The position numbers and the translations under genes were made by a program. The notes beneath the pieces are model-generated. The model had not been told where the DNA came from. It saw only the letters and a list, made by a program, of their open reading frames with translations, and did no database searches. Positions 1 through 10,890 of a stretch of DNA of 64,000 nucleotides are shown here, piece by piece. Each line of letters opens with the position of its first letter. The stretch's first letter is position 1. This DNA comes from an uncultured Anaerolineae bacterium (GTDB lineage Bacteria; Chloroflexota; Anaerolineae; JACIWP01): NCBI GenBank assembly GCA_938049385.1, contig CALIBQ010000012.1:74131-138130 (forward strand), written 5' to 3'.

Positions 1-73
1 AGCCCAGCAGAGCGAAAAGCACGATAAGCACAAATGCCACTCGCCAGAATAGCTGCCCTGCAAGGGTGCGCAT
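1..73 (-). CDS. 5' fragment of a membrane or secreted protein (runs off the window edge)
   Basis: AGGAGGTG SD then ATG at 73; reads MRTLAGQLFWRVAFVLIVLFALLG..., a hydrophobic N-terminus, open to position 1. Confidence 0.6.
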   Translation of the reverse strand, partial: MRTLAGQLFWRVAFVLIVLFALLG

Positions 74-102
74 CGCTCACCTCCTGTTGGCGGTACAAGC
101 GG

Positions 103-132
103 AAAAAATCAGGCGCCCAATCAGGGCGCCTG
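103..132 (-). terminator. Intrinsic terminator after the Zn-peptidase gene
   Basis: CAGGCGCCC/GGGCGCCTG stem followed by a T-run on the minus strand. Confidence 0.75.
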
Positions 133-150
133 TGTGCTGCGTCAGGGACG

Positions 151-846
151 TCAATCGCGCCGGCGGAAGCCGCCGAGCAGGAAGATGTAGTACAGCAGGG
201 TGGAAAGGGTCTGTGCCAGGGCCGCCACGTAGGTCAGGGCGGCGGCATCCAGCACGCTCTTGGCGGCGGCCAGCTCGCGGTTGTCCACCAGGCTGTACGT
301 GCGCAAAAGCTGGAGACCGCGCTGACTAGCGTTGAATTCCACTGGCAGGGTAACCAGGGCGAAGACCGCGCCGGCGGAGAATGCCAGCACGCCGGCCCAG
401 GCCAGGTTCGGCGAGCCGAACAGCAGTCCGATGAAGAAGAGCACCGGCCCGACCCAGGCCGCCACGGTCACCGCCGGCACCAGGCCAGAGCGGATGCGCA
501 AAGGCACATACCCCTGCGCGTCCTGCAGGGCATGCCCCACCTCATGAGCGACGATGCTCAGCGCCGCCACAGAGCGGCTCCGGGCCACCGCTGGAGACAG
601 GCGCAGGGTCTTACTGCGCGGGTCGTAGTGGTCGGTCAGCTCGCCCGGCGTGCCTTCAATGGAGATATGGTCCAGGCCCTGGCCGCGCAGTAATGCTTCG
701 GCCGCTTCTACCCCGCTGATGCCGCGGAAGTTCGGCTCTCGCAGATAGCGTGCATAGGCGGCCCGCACCTTCCACTGAGCGTACATGGCCAGCAGAAGCG
801 CCGGCAGTGCGAACACGAAGTACATCGGGTCCCACCAGAATACCAT
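151..846 (-). CDS. Putative neutral zinc metallopeptidase (YugP-like, membrane)
   Basis: LTDHYDP, AHEVGHA (HExxH) and TLPVEFNAS motifs; TM segments. Confidence 0.9.
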   Translation of the reverse strand: MVFWWDPMYFVFALPALLLAMYAQWKVRAAYARYLREPNFRGISGVEAAEALLRGQGLDHISIEGTPGELTDHYDPRSKTLRLSPAVARSRSVAALSIVAHEVGHALQDAQGYVPLRIRSGLVPAVTVAAWVGPVLFFIGLLFGSPNLAWAGVLAFSAGAVFALVTLPVEFNASQRGLQLLRTYSLVDNRELAAAKSVLDAAALTYVAALAQTLSTLLYYIFLLGGFRRRD

Positions 847-902
847 GCTTCACTAATCCTCCTTCACAGCCTTCAGCTCATCTTATCCTGGCTTTCAGCT
901 CG

Positions 903-1034
903 GACGCGGCTTGACGGCTGAAGCCACGGCAACAACTGCAAAGCCTGTGCAGACAGGCTTCGCGAAATCGGCGCAGGATGACTTCGCAGGCACAGCCGCA
1001 GTTTCAACTGCCAGGTGACTTTTTCCACACCCCC
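903..1034 (+). repeat. REP-doublet/MITE family, copy 1
   Basis: Same core as 46052-46242, 51835-51980 and 62970-63135; degenerate end TTTTTCCACACCCC. Confidence 0.85.
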
Positions 1035-1042
1035 ATGATATA

Positions 1043-1087
1043 ACAAAGCGCCAGTCTGGACAAGTTCCGCTTGTCCAGACTGGCGTT
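1043..1087 (-). terminator. Terminator hairpin after dnaK
   Basis: ~16-bp stem CGCCAGTCTGGACAAG/CTTGTCCAGACTGGCG followed by TTTGTT on the minus strand. Confidence 0.8.
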
Positions 1088-1096
1088 GGGACGGCG

Positions 1097-3007
<1,911 letters not shown>

Positions 3008-3073
3008 AGTGTATCCCTCCTATCTGATAACCATGATATGATTGCTATCCTGTGTCATGCCGGCGGGATGGTC

Positions 3074-3310
3074 TCAAGTCCGAGTGTCATCCGCGGTGTC
3101 CGCGCCCGGGTCTCGCCGCGGTACAATGTGGCCCTGCCCGCTGGCCCGGGCCAGTGGCAGGTTCTGATCCATGGCCGGCAGACGCGCGTAATCGCACGTG
3201 CACGGCCCCCCGCGACTGCATCCCACACAGCAGTAGACGGTGCCGCGGATGACCGTGGGACGCCAGGAAAAGACGATACCGCAGTTGGCACACTGCCATC
3301 TCGGCGTCAT
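3074..3310 (-). CDS. Small Cys-rich metallothionein/zinc-ribbon-like protein
   Basis: GAGGTG SD before ATG 3310; CANC...YCCVGC...CTC, 7 Cys. Confidence 0.65.
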   Translation of the reverse strand: MTPRWQCANCGIVFSWRPTVIRGTVYCCVGCSRGGPCTCDYARLPAMDQNLPLARASGQGHIVPRRDPGADTADDTRT

Positions 3311-3361
3311 GCTCCACCTCTTCGCCGGCATGCGAAACTTCGCCCGCAGTGGGCTATTCCC

Positions 3362-3420
3362 ATTGTATGCGGATGGTGTTAGAAGTATGCTAGAGATTTG
3401 TTAGAATTTCATTAGAGTTG
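3362..3420 (-). promoter_or_regulatory. Promoter (-10 TACAAT) with four 11-bp-periodic direct repeats (OmpR/PhoB-type boxes)
   Basis: YTAGAR at 3379, 3390, 3401 and 3412 on the plus strand; TACAAT at 3367-3362 on the minus strand. Confidence 0.7.
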
Positions 3421-3432
3421 CAGAGGATACCG

Positions 3433-4170
3433 TCAGCCGGCCTCGGTCGGTTCGCGGCCGCGGCCGGCGCGCCGGCCGCGAAAGTCCACGAAACGGTACC
3501 CGATGCCGTGCTCCGTGAGGATGTATTTGGGGTTGGCTGGGTCCGGCTCGATTTTCTGGCGGAGATAGGTGATATACAGGCGCAAAAGCTGGTGATCATC
3601 GCGGTACTCGTGCCCCCACACTTTGGAAAGCAGCATCTCGTGGGTCATTACCCAGCCGGCGTTGTTGACCAGATGGTATAAAAGCCGGTATTCCGTCGGG
3701 CGGAGCTTGACCCGGTTTCCGCACACGATCACCTCGCGCTGGTCGAAGTCAATCTGCAGATCGTCATCTACCACTACCAGCCCCTGGGAGGCCGGCATGG
3801 CCGCTTCCGTACGCCGCAGTACCGCCTTGATCCTGCTGACCAGCTCGCGCGGGCTGAACGGCTTGGTGATGTAGTCATCCGCTCCCAAATCCAGCCCGCG
3901 CACGCGATCCTCCTCCTCGCCTTTGACCGTCAGCATGATGACCGGCACCGTGGAGAAACTGCGGATTTCCTTCAGCACCTCGAACCCGTCCATGTCGGGG
4001 AGCATGACGTCCAGCAGGACCAGGTCCGGCAGTTCGTTGCGCACCTTTTCGACGGCCTCGCGGCCGGCGTTCGCCTCGCTAACGCGAAAGCCCTCCAGCT
4101 CCAGGTTCATGCGCACGAAGCGCACGATGCGGGATTCGTCATCCACTACCAGGATATGACGCCTCTCCAT
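3433..4170 (-). CDS. OmpR/PhoB-family response regulator
   Basis: Receiver domain ([22 protein letters not shown]) plus winged helix (LRQKIE...GIGYRF). Confidence 0.95.
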   Translation of the reverse strand: MERRHILVVDDESRIVRFVRMNLELEGFRVSEANAGREAVEKVRNELPDLVLLDVMLPDMDGFEVLKEIRSFSTVPVIMLTVKGEEEDRVRGLDLGADDYITKPFSPRELVSRIKAVLRRTEAAMPASQGLVVVDDDLQIDFDQREVIVCGNRVKLRPTEYRLLYHLVNNAGWVMTHEMLLSKVWGHEYRDDHQLLRLYITYLRQKIEPDPANPKYILTEHGIGYRFVDFRGRRAGRGREPTEAG

Positions 4171-4203
4171 CTTGACTCCCTTCCGCCCTCCGAGCAGGCC
4201 GCG

Positions 4204-5784
4204 TTATTCGGTGATGCGCGGCAGGGTGAAGTAGAAAGTAGCGCCCTTGCCGGCCTCGCTCTCCACCCAAATGCGCCCGCCGTGGGCCTCGATGATGGCC
4301 CGGCTGAGATACAGCCCCAGGCCGACGCCAGGAGTTTGCCGGCGCAGGCCGGAATCCACGCGGTAGAAACGCTGAAACAGGCGGTTCTGCTCCTCTTTCG
4401 GTATGCCGATGCCCTCGTCCGAGACGTACACCATCACCTCATGATCCAGCACGCGGCCGCCCACGCGAATGGTGCCGCCGCGCGGGGAGTACTTCACCGC
4501 ATTGTTCAGCAAGTTGTACAGCACCTGGCTGATGCGCTCCTCATCGGCGAAGACCGGCGGGAAGTCAGGCGGGAAGGCAAGCTCGAAGCGGTGCACGGAA
4601 GTCTGGGTACGCAGGCGGTTCACGATTTTCTCCGCCAGACGCGGCAGGGAAACGTCGGTCAGCTCCAGCTTCAGGCCGCCGGCCTGGATGCGCGAGGCGT
4701 CCAGCAGGTTGCTGATAAGCTGGTCCAGCCGATCGCTTTCCTCCTCAATGATGCGCAGTCCCTCGCGCACTGTCGCCTCGTCCCAATGTGCATCTTCCCG
4801 GCGCAGTGTGCTGGCGTAGCCTTTGATGAGCGCCACCGGCGTCTTCAGCTCATGGGAGATGACCGAGATAAAGGTGGACTGCAGTTCCTCGGCCTGGCGA
4901 AAGCGGGTGATGTCGTGCACATCCAGGATGATGTTCAGCAGACGGCCTTCCTCGTCCCAGAGCAGGGAATGGTTGATGCCCACGGAGACCTTACTGCCGT
5001 CCGGGCGGACGATATCTCCCTCTAGGTAAAGCGTCTCTTCGGCGCCGGCCGGCTCCTCCGCCTGCTCCAGCGCGGCGCAGACCCTGCCGCACAGCGGCTG
5101 TCCCTGGGCATTGACCGCATTCAGCACCTCCGCGCAGTGCCGGCCGACCGCATCGCCGGAACGCCAGCCGGTCATGCGCTCCAGCGCCCGGTTGATGACC
5201 TCTACCCGGCAGTAGGCGTCCAGGATCATGATGCCGTCGGCGCTGTGTTCGATGATGGCATCCAGCCGGCGCTTCTCCGCCAGCAACTGCTGGTACAAGC
5301 GGGCGTTCTGGATGGCGATGGCCGCCTGGTCGGCGAAGCTGGCCAGCACCTGCCGGTCATCCTCGGAGAATGCCAGGCCGGTGAGCCGAAAGACGTAGAT
5401 GACGCCGATAAGTTGGTCGCCGATCATCATGGGCAGGGCTACGACCTGACGCAGGGGCAGGCCGACGGCGGTGCTGACAAGATGGAGCCGCCAGGACAGG
5501 TCGGGGATGGTCCAGCCGGCCGATACGCCGGCGCCGGGAAGGACCGGGATATTTTCCAGCAGGGGAGTAAACAGGTGGAGCATCTGGGATGGAATGCCGT
5601 ACGCGGCCCGAATGCGGAACGCATCCTGGTTATCCCGCACAGCGATGAAGGCCGCATCGGCACCCAGGAGTTCCGCCGCGCTTTCCAGGACCAGCCGGAG
5701 CACGGCGCGCACATCCAGCCGGGAGGTCATAGCCCGGCTGATGGCCAGCAGATAATCTCGCTGTCGCAGTCGGTAATCGAGCAT
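4204..5784 (-). CDS. Cytoplasmic sensor histidine kinase, GAF-PAS-HisKA-HATPase
   Basis: SHELKTP H-box, NAVKYS, DEGIG and GLGL boxes; GAF and PAS segments; no TM helix. Confidence 0.93.
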   Translation of the reverse strand: MLDYRLRQRDYLLAISRAMTSRLDVRAVLRLVLESAAELLGADAAFIAVRDNQDAFRIRAAYGIPSQMLHLFTPLLENIPVLPGAGVSAGWTIPDLSWRLHLVSTAVGLPLRQVVALPMMIGDQLIGVIYVFRLTGLAFSEDDRQVLASFADQAAIAIQNARLYQQLLAEKRRLDAIIEHSADGIMILDAYCRVEVINRALERMTGWRSGDAVGRHCAEVLNAVNAQGQPLCGRVCAALEQAEEPAGAEETLYLEGDIVRPDGSKVSVGINHSLLWDEEGRLLNIILDVHDITRFRQAEELQSTFISVISHELKTPVALIKGYASTLRREDAHWDEATVREGLRIIEEESDRLDQLISNLLDASRIQAGGLKLELTDVSLPRLAEKIVNRLRTQTSVHRFELAFPPDFPPVFADEERISQVLYNLLNNAVKYSPRGGTIRVGGRVLDHEVMVYVSDEGIGIPKEEQNRLFQRFYRVDSGLRRQTPGVGLGLYLSRAIIEAHGGRIWVESEAGKGATFYFTLPRITE

Positions 5785-5855
5785 GGCAGGTCCCCGTCTT
5801 TGGGGCACAGCGCCGCTGTGCCCCTACAGCAAATCCCTATCGCACGACGCTGAGC

Positions 5856-5884
5856 ACTCTAACACCATTCTTTCGCGCTCTCAA
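5856..5884 (-). promoter_or_regulatory. Sigma70-type promoter for the kinase-regulator operon
   Basis: TTGAGA-N17-TAGAGT with TG extension. Confidence 0.45.
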
Positions 5885-5987
5885 AAATCTCCCTTGCCGA
5901 CCGTGCGGATTCATTATACCATAAAGGATATCTGTTGGCGGATTACTGCTGGTGGATGTTTCTGCGCCTCGCGCACAGGAGGTGGAT

Positions 5988-6494
5988 ATGGCTTGGGTGC
6001 GGTTTGACCCGGACGGCATGCCGGCGCCTTCGCTGGACCTGCCGGCGGTTGGCGAGGCGGAGCTTGGGATCGCCGATTTTCGCGGCGTGTCCAGCCTGCT
6101 GGTGTTGTTCAGCCATGGGCCGGCCTGCGCCGGCTGTCAGGAGGCTGTGTCCTGTTTGGCCGAACGGGAAAGGGACCTGGAATTCGCCCGGGCGGAGGTC
6201 ATCATCGTCCTGCCGGCCGCGCCGGCGGAAACCGGAACCCTGCCGGCAGGCCGGCGGCTCCACTGGATCGTTGACGCAGGGGGTGCACTGCGTCAGGCAT
6301 ATGCCGGCCTGCTCCCAGATGCATCGCCAGATGCGGCCATGCTCTTTGTCCTGGACCAGTACGGCGTGCCCTGGGCCGGCTGGCACGGCGCGGAGCCGGC
6401 GGGTGAGCTATGTGCGGAGGGCATTGAGTGGCTGGAGTTCATCGCTCTCCAGTGCCCGGAATGAGGCTCGGCGGAATGGCCCGTGCGGCCATAA
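5988..6494 (+). CDS. Redoxin (AhpC/TSA-like) protein, probable selenoprotein with C-terminal CxxU
   Basis: AGGAGG SD; N-terminal CAGC; ...QCPE-TGA(6462)-GSAEWPVRP-TAA; SECIS-like hairpin 11 nt after the UGA. Ends at 6464 if the UGA is a stop. Confidence 0.75.
6476..6492 (+). promoter_or_regulatory. Candidate bacterial SECIS hairpin
   Basis: ATGGCC-CGTGC-GGCCAT, starting 11 nt after the in-frame UGA. Confidence 0.6.
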
Positions 6495-6510
6495 GGTGGA
6501 AGAGAGGCTC

Positions 6511-7964
6511 TCAGCGCCGGCTGGCGGGTTCCCTCATCAGTTCCTCTACCAATGCGCCAAGCGTGCGCACCGCTGGCTCAGCCGCCGGCGACCAGTTGGC
6601 GGCGTTCAGGCGGATGAAGTTGCGGTAGCGCTCGCTGGCGGAGAAGAGAAGATGTAGCCCGGGGTGATGGCAGTGCCGGCCCTGAGGGCGCGCCGGTATA
6701 ATTCCAGCGAGTCCACGTGTTCCGGAAGCTGGACCCAGAGGAGGAAGCCGCCGGCCGGCCGAGTGACGCGCGTGCCGCGCGGGAAGTAGCGCGTCACTGC
6801 CAGGGACAGCTCCGCCACGTTACGGGCATATTCGCGGCGGATGTGGCGCAGGTGGTGGTCATAGCTCCCGCTGGCCAGGAACTGGGCGATGGCCAGTTGG
6901 GGCAGGGTGGCGGTAGCCAGAGAAGAGGTATATTTGAGCCACTCCACCGCCGGCGCGAAGCGCCCCGGCGCCGTCCAGCCCACGCGGTAGCCCGGGGACA
7001 GGTCTTTGGAGAACGAGGAGCAGAGCATCACCAGCCCCTTGCGGTCGTAGGCCTTAGCCACGGTGGGGCGCTTCCCCGAGAAGTAAATTTCCCCGAAGAT
7101 GTTGTTCTCGATGAGCGGGATATCGTGTTGGGCCAGCAGGGCCACCAGCTCGCGCTTCTTGGCATCCGGCATACAGCTTCCCAGGGGATTGTTGAAATTG
7201 GAAATGACCAGACAGGCGCGCACTGGCGTGTGTTCCACGGCGAAGCGCAGGGCGTCCAGGCTGATGCCCTCGCGTGGGTGCGTGGGTATCTCCAATGCCT
7301 GCAGGCCGAGCACTTCTAGGGTCTGCAGGGCATCAAAGCAGATGGGTGATTCAATGGCGACGATGTCCCCGGGCCGGCAGACGGCACGCAGACAAAGGGT
7401 GATGGCCTCGGCACAGCCGGAGGTGATGATGATATCCGCCGGCGTGAGGTTACAGCCGGCGGCCACCATCCGCTGGGCGATTTGGACGCGCAGGGCATCA
7501 CAGCCGGCCGGCAGGGCATACACCCCGCTCTGCTCTCCCAGCTCGCGCGCGATGGCGCTCATGATGCGGTTCAGCTTGCGCGTCGCCGTCAGCGCCAGGT
7601 TGGGGTACGCAACACCGAGCTGTACCAGCCTGGGGTTCAGGGCATCGCGCAGAACCATGGTCACCAGGTCGCGCACGCTCACCTCAGCCGGGTCCAGGCT
7701 GGGCGCCGATATCTCTGGCTCAGGCAGGACCGCCGGCAGTGCCGTGCGCACATAAAAGCCCGAGCGAGGACGCGCCTCAATGACCCCGCGTGCCTCCAGC
7801 AGATAATAGGCGGTCAGCACCGTCGTAATGCTGACCTGCTTCTGCTGGCTCAACTGCCGCACCGAGGGCAGGCGGTCGCCGGGGCGGAAGATGCCGCTCT
7901 CGATCCAGCGCGTGATCTCGCCGGCGATTTGTTCATACGCAAAGGACTGCTGTGGATCGCCCAT
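6511..7964 (-). pseudogene. GntR/MocR-family PLP-dependent regulator, frameshifted near its C-terminus
   Basis: wHTH (LPSVRQLS) plus aminotransferase domain (SSFSKDLSPGYRVGW); tandem TTCTC duplication at 6641-6650 shifts the conserved RYRNFIRLN tail out of frame. Confidence 0.8.
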
Positions 7965-7970
7965 ACTCTC

Positions 7971-8084
7971 ATTATAGCGCAGGCACGGGGTGCTCAAAAG
8001 ATACAGAATCCCCTCGAAAGCATCAGTACAGTTTCCAAACAATCTCTTCTGTTATGTAACAGATAGGATTTTCTGTATCTGTAC
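7971..8084. promoter_or_regulatory. Divergent mocR/DUF2917 control region with operator-like repeats and a leaderless -10
   Basis: AGATACAGAA (7999-8008) and its reverse complement TTCTGTATCT (8071-8080); palindrome TCTGTTA-TG-TAACAGA (8048-8063); TATAAT 6 nt before the mocR ATG. Confidence 0.65.
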
Positions 8085-8179
8085 ACTTCCCCTGGTCCCG
8101 GATACACTGATGATAGGATAGTGCCGTTCCCTATGAACATATTTCAACAGCCGGCGGTGCGGCCGGCAGGAGGTACATA

Positions 8180-8563
8180 ATGACCACATTCAAACCGAAA
8201 ACCAGCCTGGTGCTGACGGTGGCGAAGAAGCCTCGCTCCGAGGGAGTGCAGAGAGAACAATTGAGTGTGCCGGTGGTCAACCTGCGCCAGGGGATGATGG
8301 AGCGGATAGAGCTGTCCGCCGGCGAACTGGTGCGCCTCTCGGGTGCGAACCGCTGGCGCATCCTCGTGTGCCGGCGGGGACGCGTCTGGGTAACCCAGGA
8401 AGCCGATGTCCGGGATTACGTGCTGGAGCCGGGGCAGATGTTCGTCATCGCTCAGCCCGGCACGGTCATCCTCCAGGCGCTGTGCGAGGCGGAGTTGGTA
8501 CTGACGCCGGCCCTGCAGACCATCCCCTATCGCGGCCGGTACGAGGACGCCGTCTTCTCATGA
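8180..8563 (+). CDS. DUF2917 domain protein
   Basis: CRRGRVWVTQE...DYVLEPGQ cupin-like motif; AGGAGG SD; divergent from MocR. Confidence 0.8.
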   Translation: MTTFKPKTSLVLTVAKKPRSEGVQREQLSVPVVNLRQGMMERIELSAGELVRLSGANRWRILVCRRGRVWVTQEADVRDYVLEPGQMFVIAQPGTVILQALCEAELVLTPALQTIPYRGRYEDAVFS

Positions 8564-8584
8564 CAAAAGGGGTGCGCCGGCCGT

Positions 8585-9205
8585 TCACTGCGCCGGCGCA
8601 CCGATAAACTCCTCATACAAGTCAGCGAACACCGCCGGCGCTACGGCGTATATCTGGCGTAGCATCTCTTTCGCTAGCTCTCGGATCTCCCACTGCGCGT
8701 CCTGCCGACAGCGCACGCGGAAGAAATGCCGCAGTTCGCGGAAGTTCATCGTCACCACGATGCGGGTCGCCGCGGCGTTGGGCAGGAGGAATCTGCTGTC
8801 CTCTTTACGCACCCCCCGTTCTCGCAGTTTGCGGTAGGCTTCCCTGGCCTGCTCCATGAACTCGTTCCAGATTTCCATGGCGGCCGGGTCGCCGGCGACA
8901 GCCGGCGGCACCACAAATTCCGCGTCCGACATATCCACGTAGCGCTGGGATTCCTGGGAATAGCTGGCCAGGCGGTGGCGCACCAGTTGATGCGAGCAGG
9001 CGCGCGAGATGCCCGTGATGTAAAAGGTGGCCGAGGCATGCTCGATGATGGATTCATGCCCCTCGCGCACGCGCTTCATGACGAAATCGCCGGCGTCGCC
9101 GCGCGGCGCACTGCGGTAGCAGACCCGGCCGGCGAACTCCAGCAGTTCCACCGGCGTGCCCCCGCCCTTCAAATAGCGCGTTAAGGCGATCAGCTCAACC
9201 TGCAT
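8585..9205 (-). CDS. thyX: FAD-dependent thymidylate synthase
   Basis: RHRLASYSQESQR motif; GHESIIEH; AQWEIR. Confidence 0.95.
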   Translation of the reverse strand: MQVELIALTRYLKGGGTPVELLEFAGRVCYRSAPRGDAGDFVMKRVREGHESIIEHASATFYITGISRACSHQLVRHRLASYSQESQRYVDMSDAEFVVPPAVAGDPAAMEIWNEFMEQAREAYRKLRERGVRKEDSRFLLPNAAATRIVVTMNFRELRHFFRVRCRQDAQWEIRELAKEMLRQIYAVAPAVFADLYEEFIGAPAQ

Positions 9206-9234
9206 TATCCTCCTCCTGGCAGAGGGAAGCACCC

Positions 9235-10866
9235 TCAGCGGATCTTGCGCGTGTAGTCGGGCAGGACCTGGGGCGAGGGCTTGGCGGTTTCCAGCAGGCC
9301 GGCCTGCGCCAACTGCTGGTTCCAGGCGCGCACATGCTCCAGGGTCAGCCGGCCCAGGCGCACCTCTTTCGCAAGCTGGCCGGCGGCGCGGCCGGCGCGC
9401 CGGCCGAACACCACCACGTCCAGCAGGGAATTGCCCATCAGGCGGTTGCGGCCGTGCACGCCGCCGGAGGCCTCGCCGGCGACGAACAGGCCCGGGATGC
9501 CGGTGAAGCCGTCCGGCCTGATGGCGACGCCGCCGTTCTGATAGTGCAGGGTTGGGTAGACCAGCATGGGTTCTTTGGTGATATCAATGCCAAAGCGGCC
9601 GAACTGGCGCACCATGGCCGGCAGTGCCCGGGCGATGGTACCCGGACCGTGAATCATGTCAATCATGGGGGAGTCCAGCCAGACGCCCACCATGCCGGTG
9701 GGGGTGCGTACCCCTTTGCCGCGTTCCACACACTCACGGATAATGGCGGAAGCCTCCACATCGCGCGTCTCGCGTGGGAAGACGAACTGCTCGCCGTCCA
9801 CATTCACCACTTGGGCGCCCAGGCCGCGCACCTTTTCCGTGACCAGCAGGCCCAGTATCTGCTCGGGGTACGCCGCGCCAGTGGGGTGATACTGCATGGT
9901 GTCGATGAAGGCCAGCCGCGCGCCGGCGCGGTAGGCCAGCACCAGCCCGTCGCCGGTAGCGCCGTGGTGATTCGTGGTCGGGTATCCCTGATAATGCAGG
10001 CGGCCGCTCCCGCCCGTGGCGATGATGGTCGCCTTGGCGCGCACCACCAGATGTTCGCCGGTCTCCAGGTTTTGGAGCACTGCGCCGGCGACTTGCCCTT
10101 TATCGTCCATCAACAGCTCGATGGCCGGCGAGAATTCCAGCACCGTGATGTCCTCGGGATGACTGCGCACCTCATCCCGCAGAGTGCGCATGATTTCCGC
10201 GCCCGAATAGTCGCGTGCCGAGTGCATGCGCTTGCGCGAGGTGCCGCCGCCGTGGATGGTGATCAGCGTCCCGTCCGGCTCTTTGTCGAACATGCACCCC
10301 AAGCTCTCCAGCCACTGGATGACCAATGGGGCGTCGCGCACCAGCGCCTCCACCAGGTCGGGGTCATTGACGAAATGGCCGCCGCCCATGACGTCCAAGT
10401 AGTGGATGGCCGGCGAGTCGTTCTCCTTGTCCGCCGCCTGGATGCCGCCCTGGGCCATCATGGTGTTGGCGTCGCCGTGGCGGAGTTTTGTGGCGATGAT
10501 GACCTTGGCGCCTTGCTCGCGCGCCAGCAGCGCGGCGGCGGAGCCGGCGCCGCCCCCACCGATGACGAGCACGTCGGTGTCATAATCCACCTGCTCCAGG
10601 TCCAGCTTGTCCGGATCGATCAGCGGCCGGCCTTCCAGCAGATCGGCCAGCTCGTGCGGCGTGCGGTCCCCTTTGTTAGGCCCGATGCGGATTTCGCGGA
10701 AGGCCGAGGCGATATAATCCGGGTGGAAGCGGCGCAGAATCTCCTCCTTCTCCTGGGGGGACATCATGGGGAAGGTCTCATGCAGGCGCGCCGGCCGGCT
10801 CGCTTCCACCTTCTTGATGGATTCTCGCATTTCGGGCGGATAGCCCATCTTGCCATCCCATTCCAT
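9235..10866 (-). CDS. Soluble succinate dehydrogenase/fumarate reductase-family flavoprotein (TfrA-like)
   Basis: GGGGAG FAD motif; QYHPT, TEKVRG, HYQNGG and HGRNRLMGNSL catalytic motifs; Asn in place of the covalent-FAD His. Confidence 0.88.
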   Translation of the reverse strand: MEWDGKMGYPPEMRESIKKVEASRPARLHETFPMMSPQEKEEILRRFHPDYIASAFREIRIGPNKGDRTPHELADLLEGRPLIDPDKLDLEQVDYDTDVLVIGGGGAGSAAALLAREQGAKVIIATKLRHGDANTMMAQGGIQAADKENDSPAIHYLDVMGGGHFVNDPDLVEALVRDAPLVIQWLESLGCMFDKEPDGTLITIHGGGTSRKRMHSARDYSGAEIMRTLRDEVRSHPEDITVLEFSPAIELLMDDKGQVAGAVLQNLETGEHLVVRAKATIIATGGSGRLHYQGYPTTNHHGATGDGLVLAYRAGARLAFIDTMQYHPTGAAYPEQILGLLVTEKVRGLGAQVVNVDGEQFVFPRETRDVEASAIIRECVERGKGVRTPTGMVGVWLDSPMIDMIHGPGTIARALPAMVRQFGRFGIDITKEPMLVYPTLHYQNGGVAIRPDGFTGIPGLFVAGEASGGVHGRNRLMGNSLLDVVVFGRRAGRAAGQLAKEVRLGRLTLEHVRAWNQQLAQAGLLETAKPSPQVLPDYTRKIR

Positions 10867-10890
10867 AGCGTAAGCTCCTCTCTGGAGGCC

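Noticed and set aside
3377-3420. Mini CRISPR-like array
   Set aside because: The 11-bp units have no spacers and no cas genes are present; the pattern fits transcription-factor boxes
5851-5877. Possible CIRCE element (TGAGCACTC)
   Set aside because: Only a half-site; the second arm is missing, and the sequence is explained by the kinase promoter
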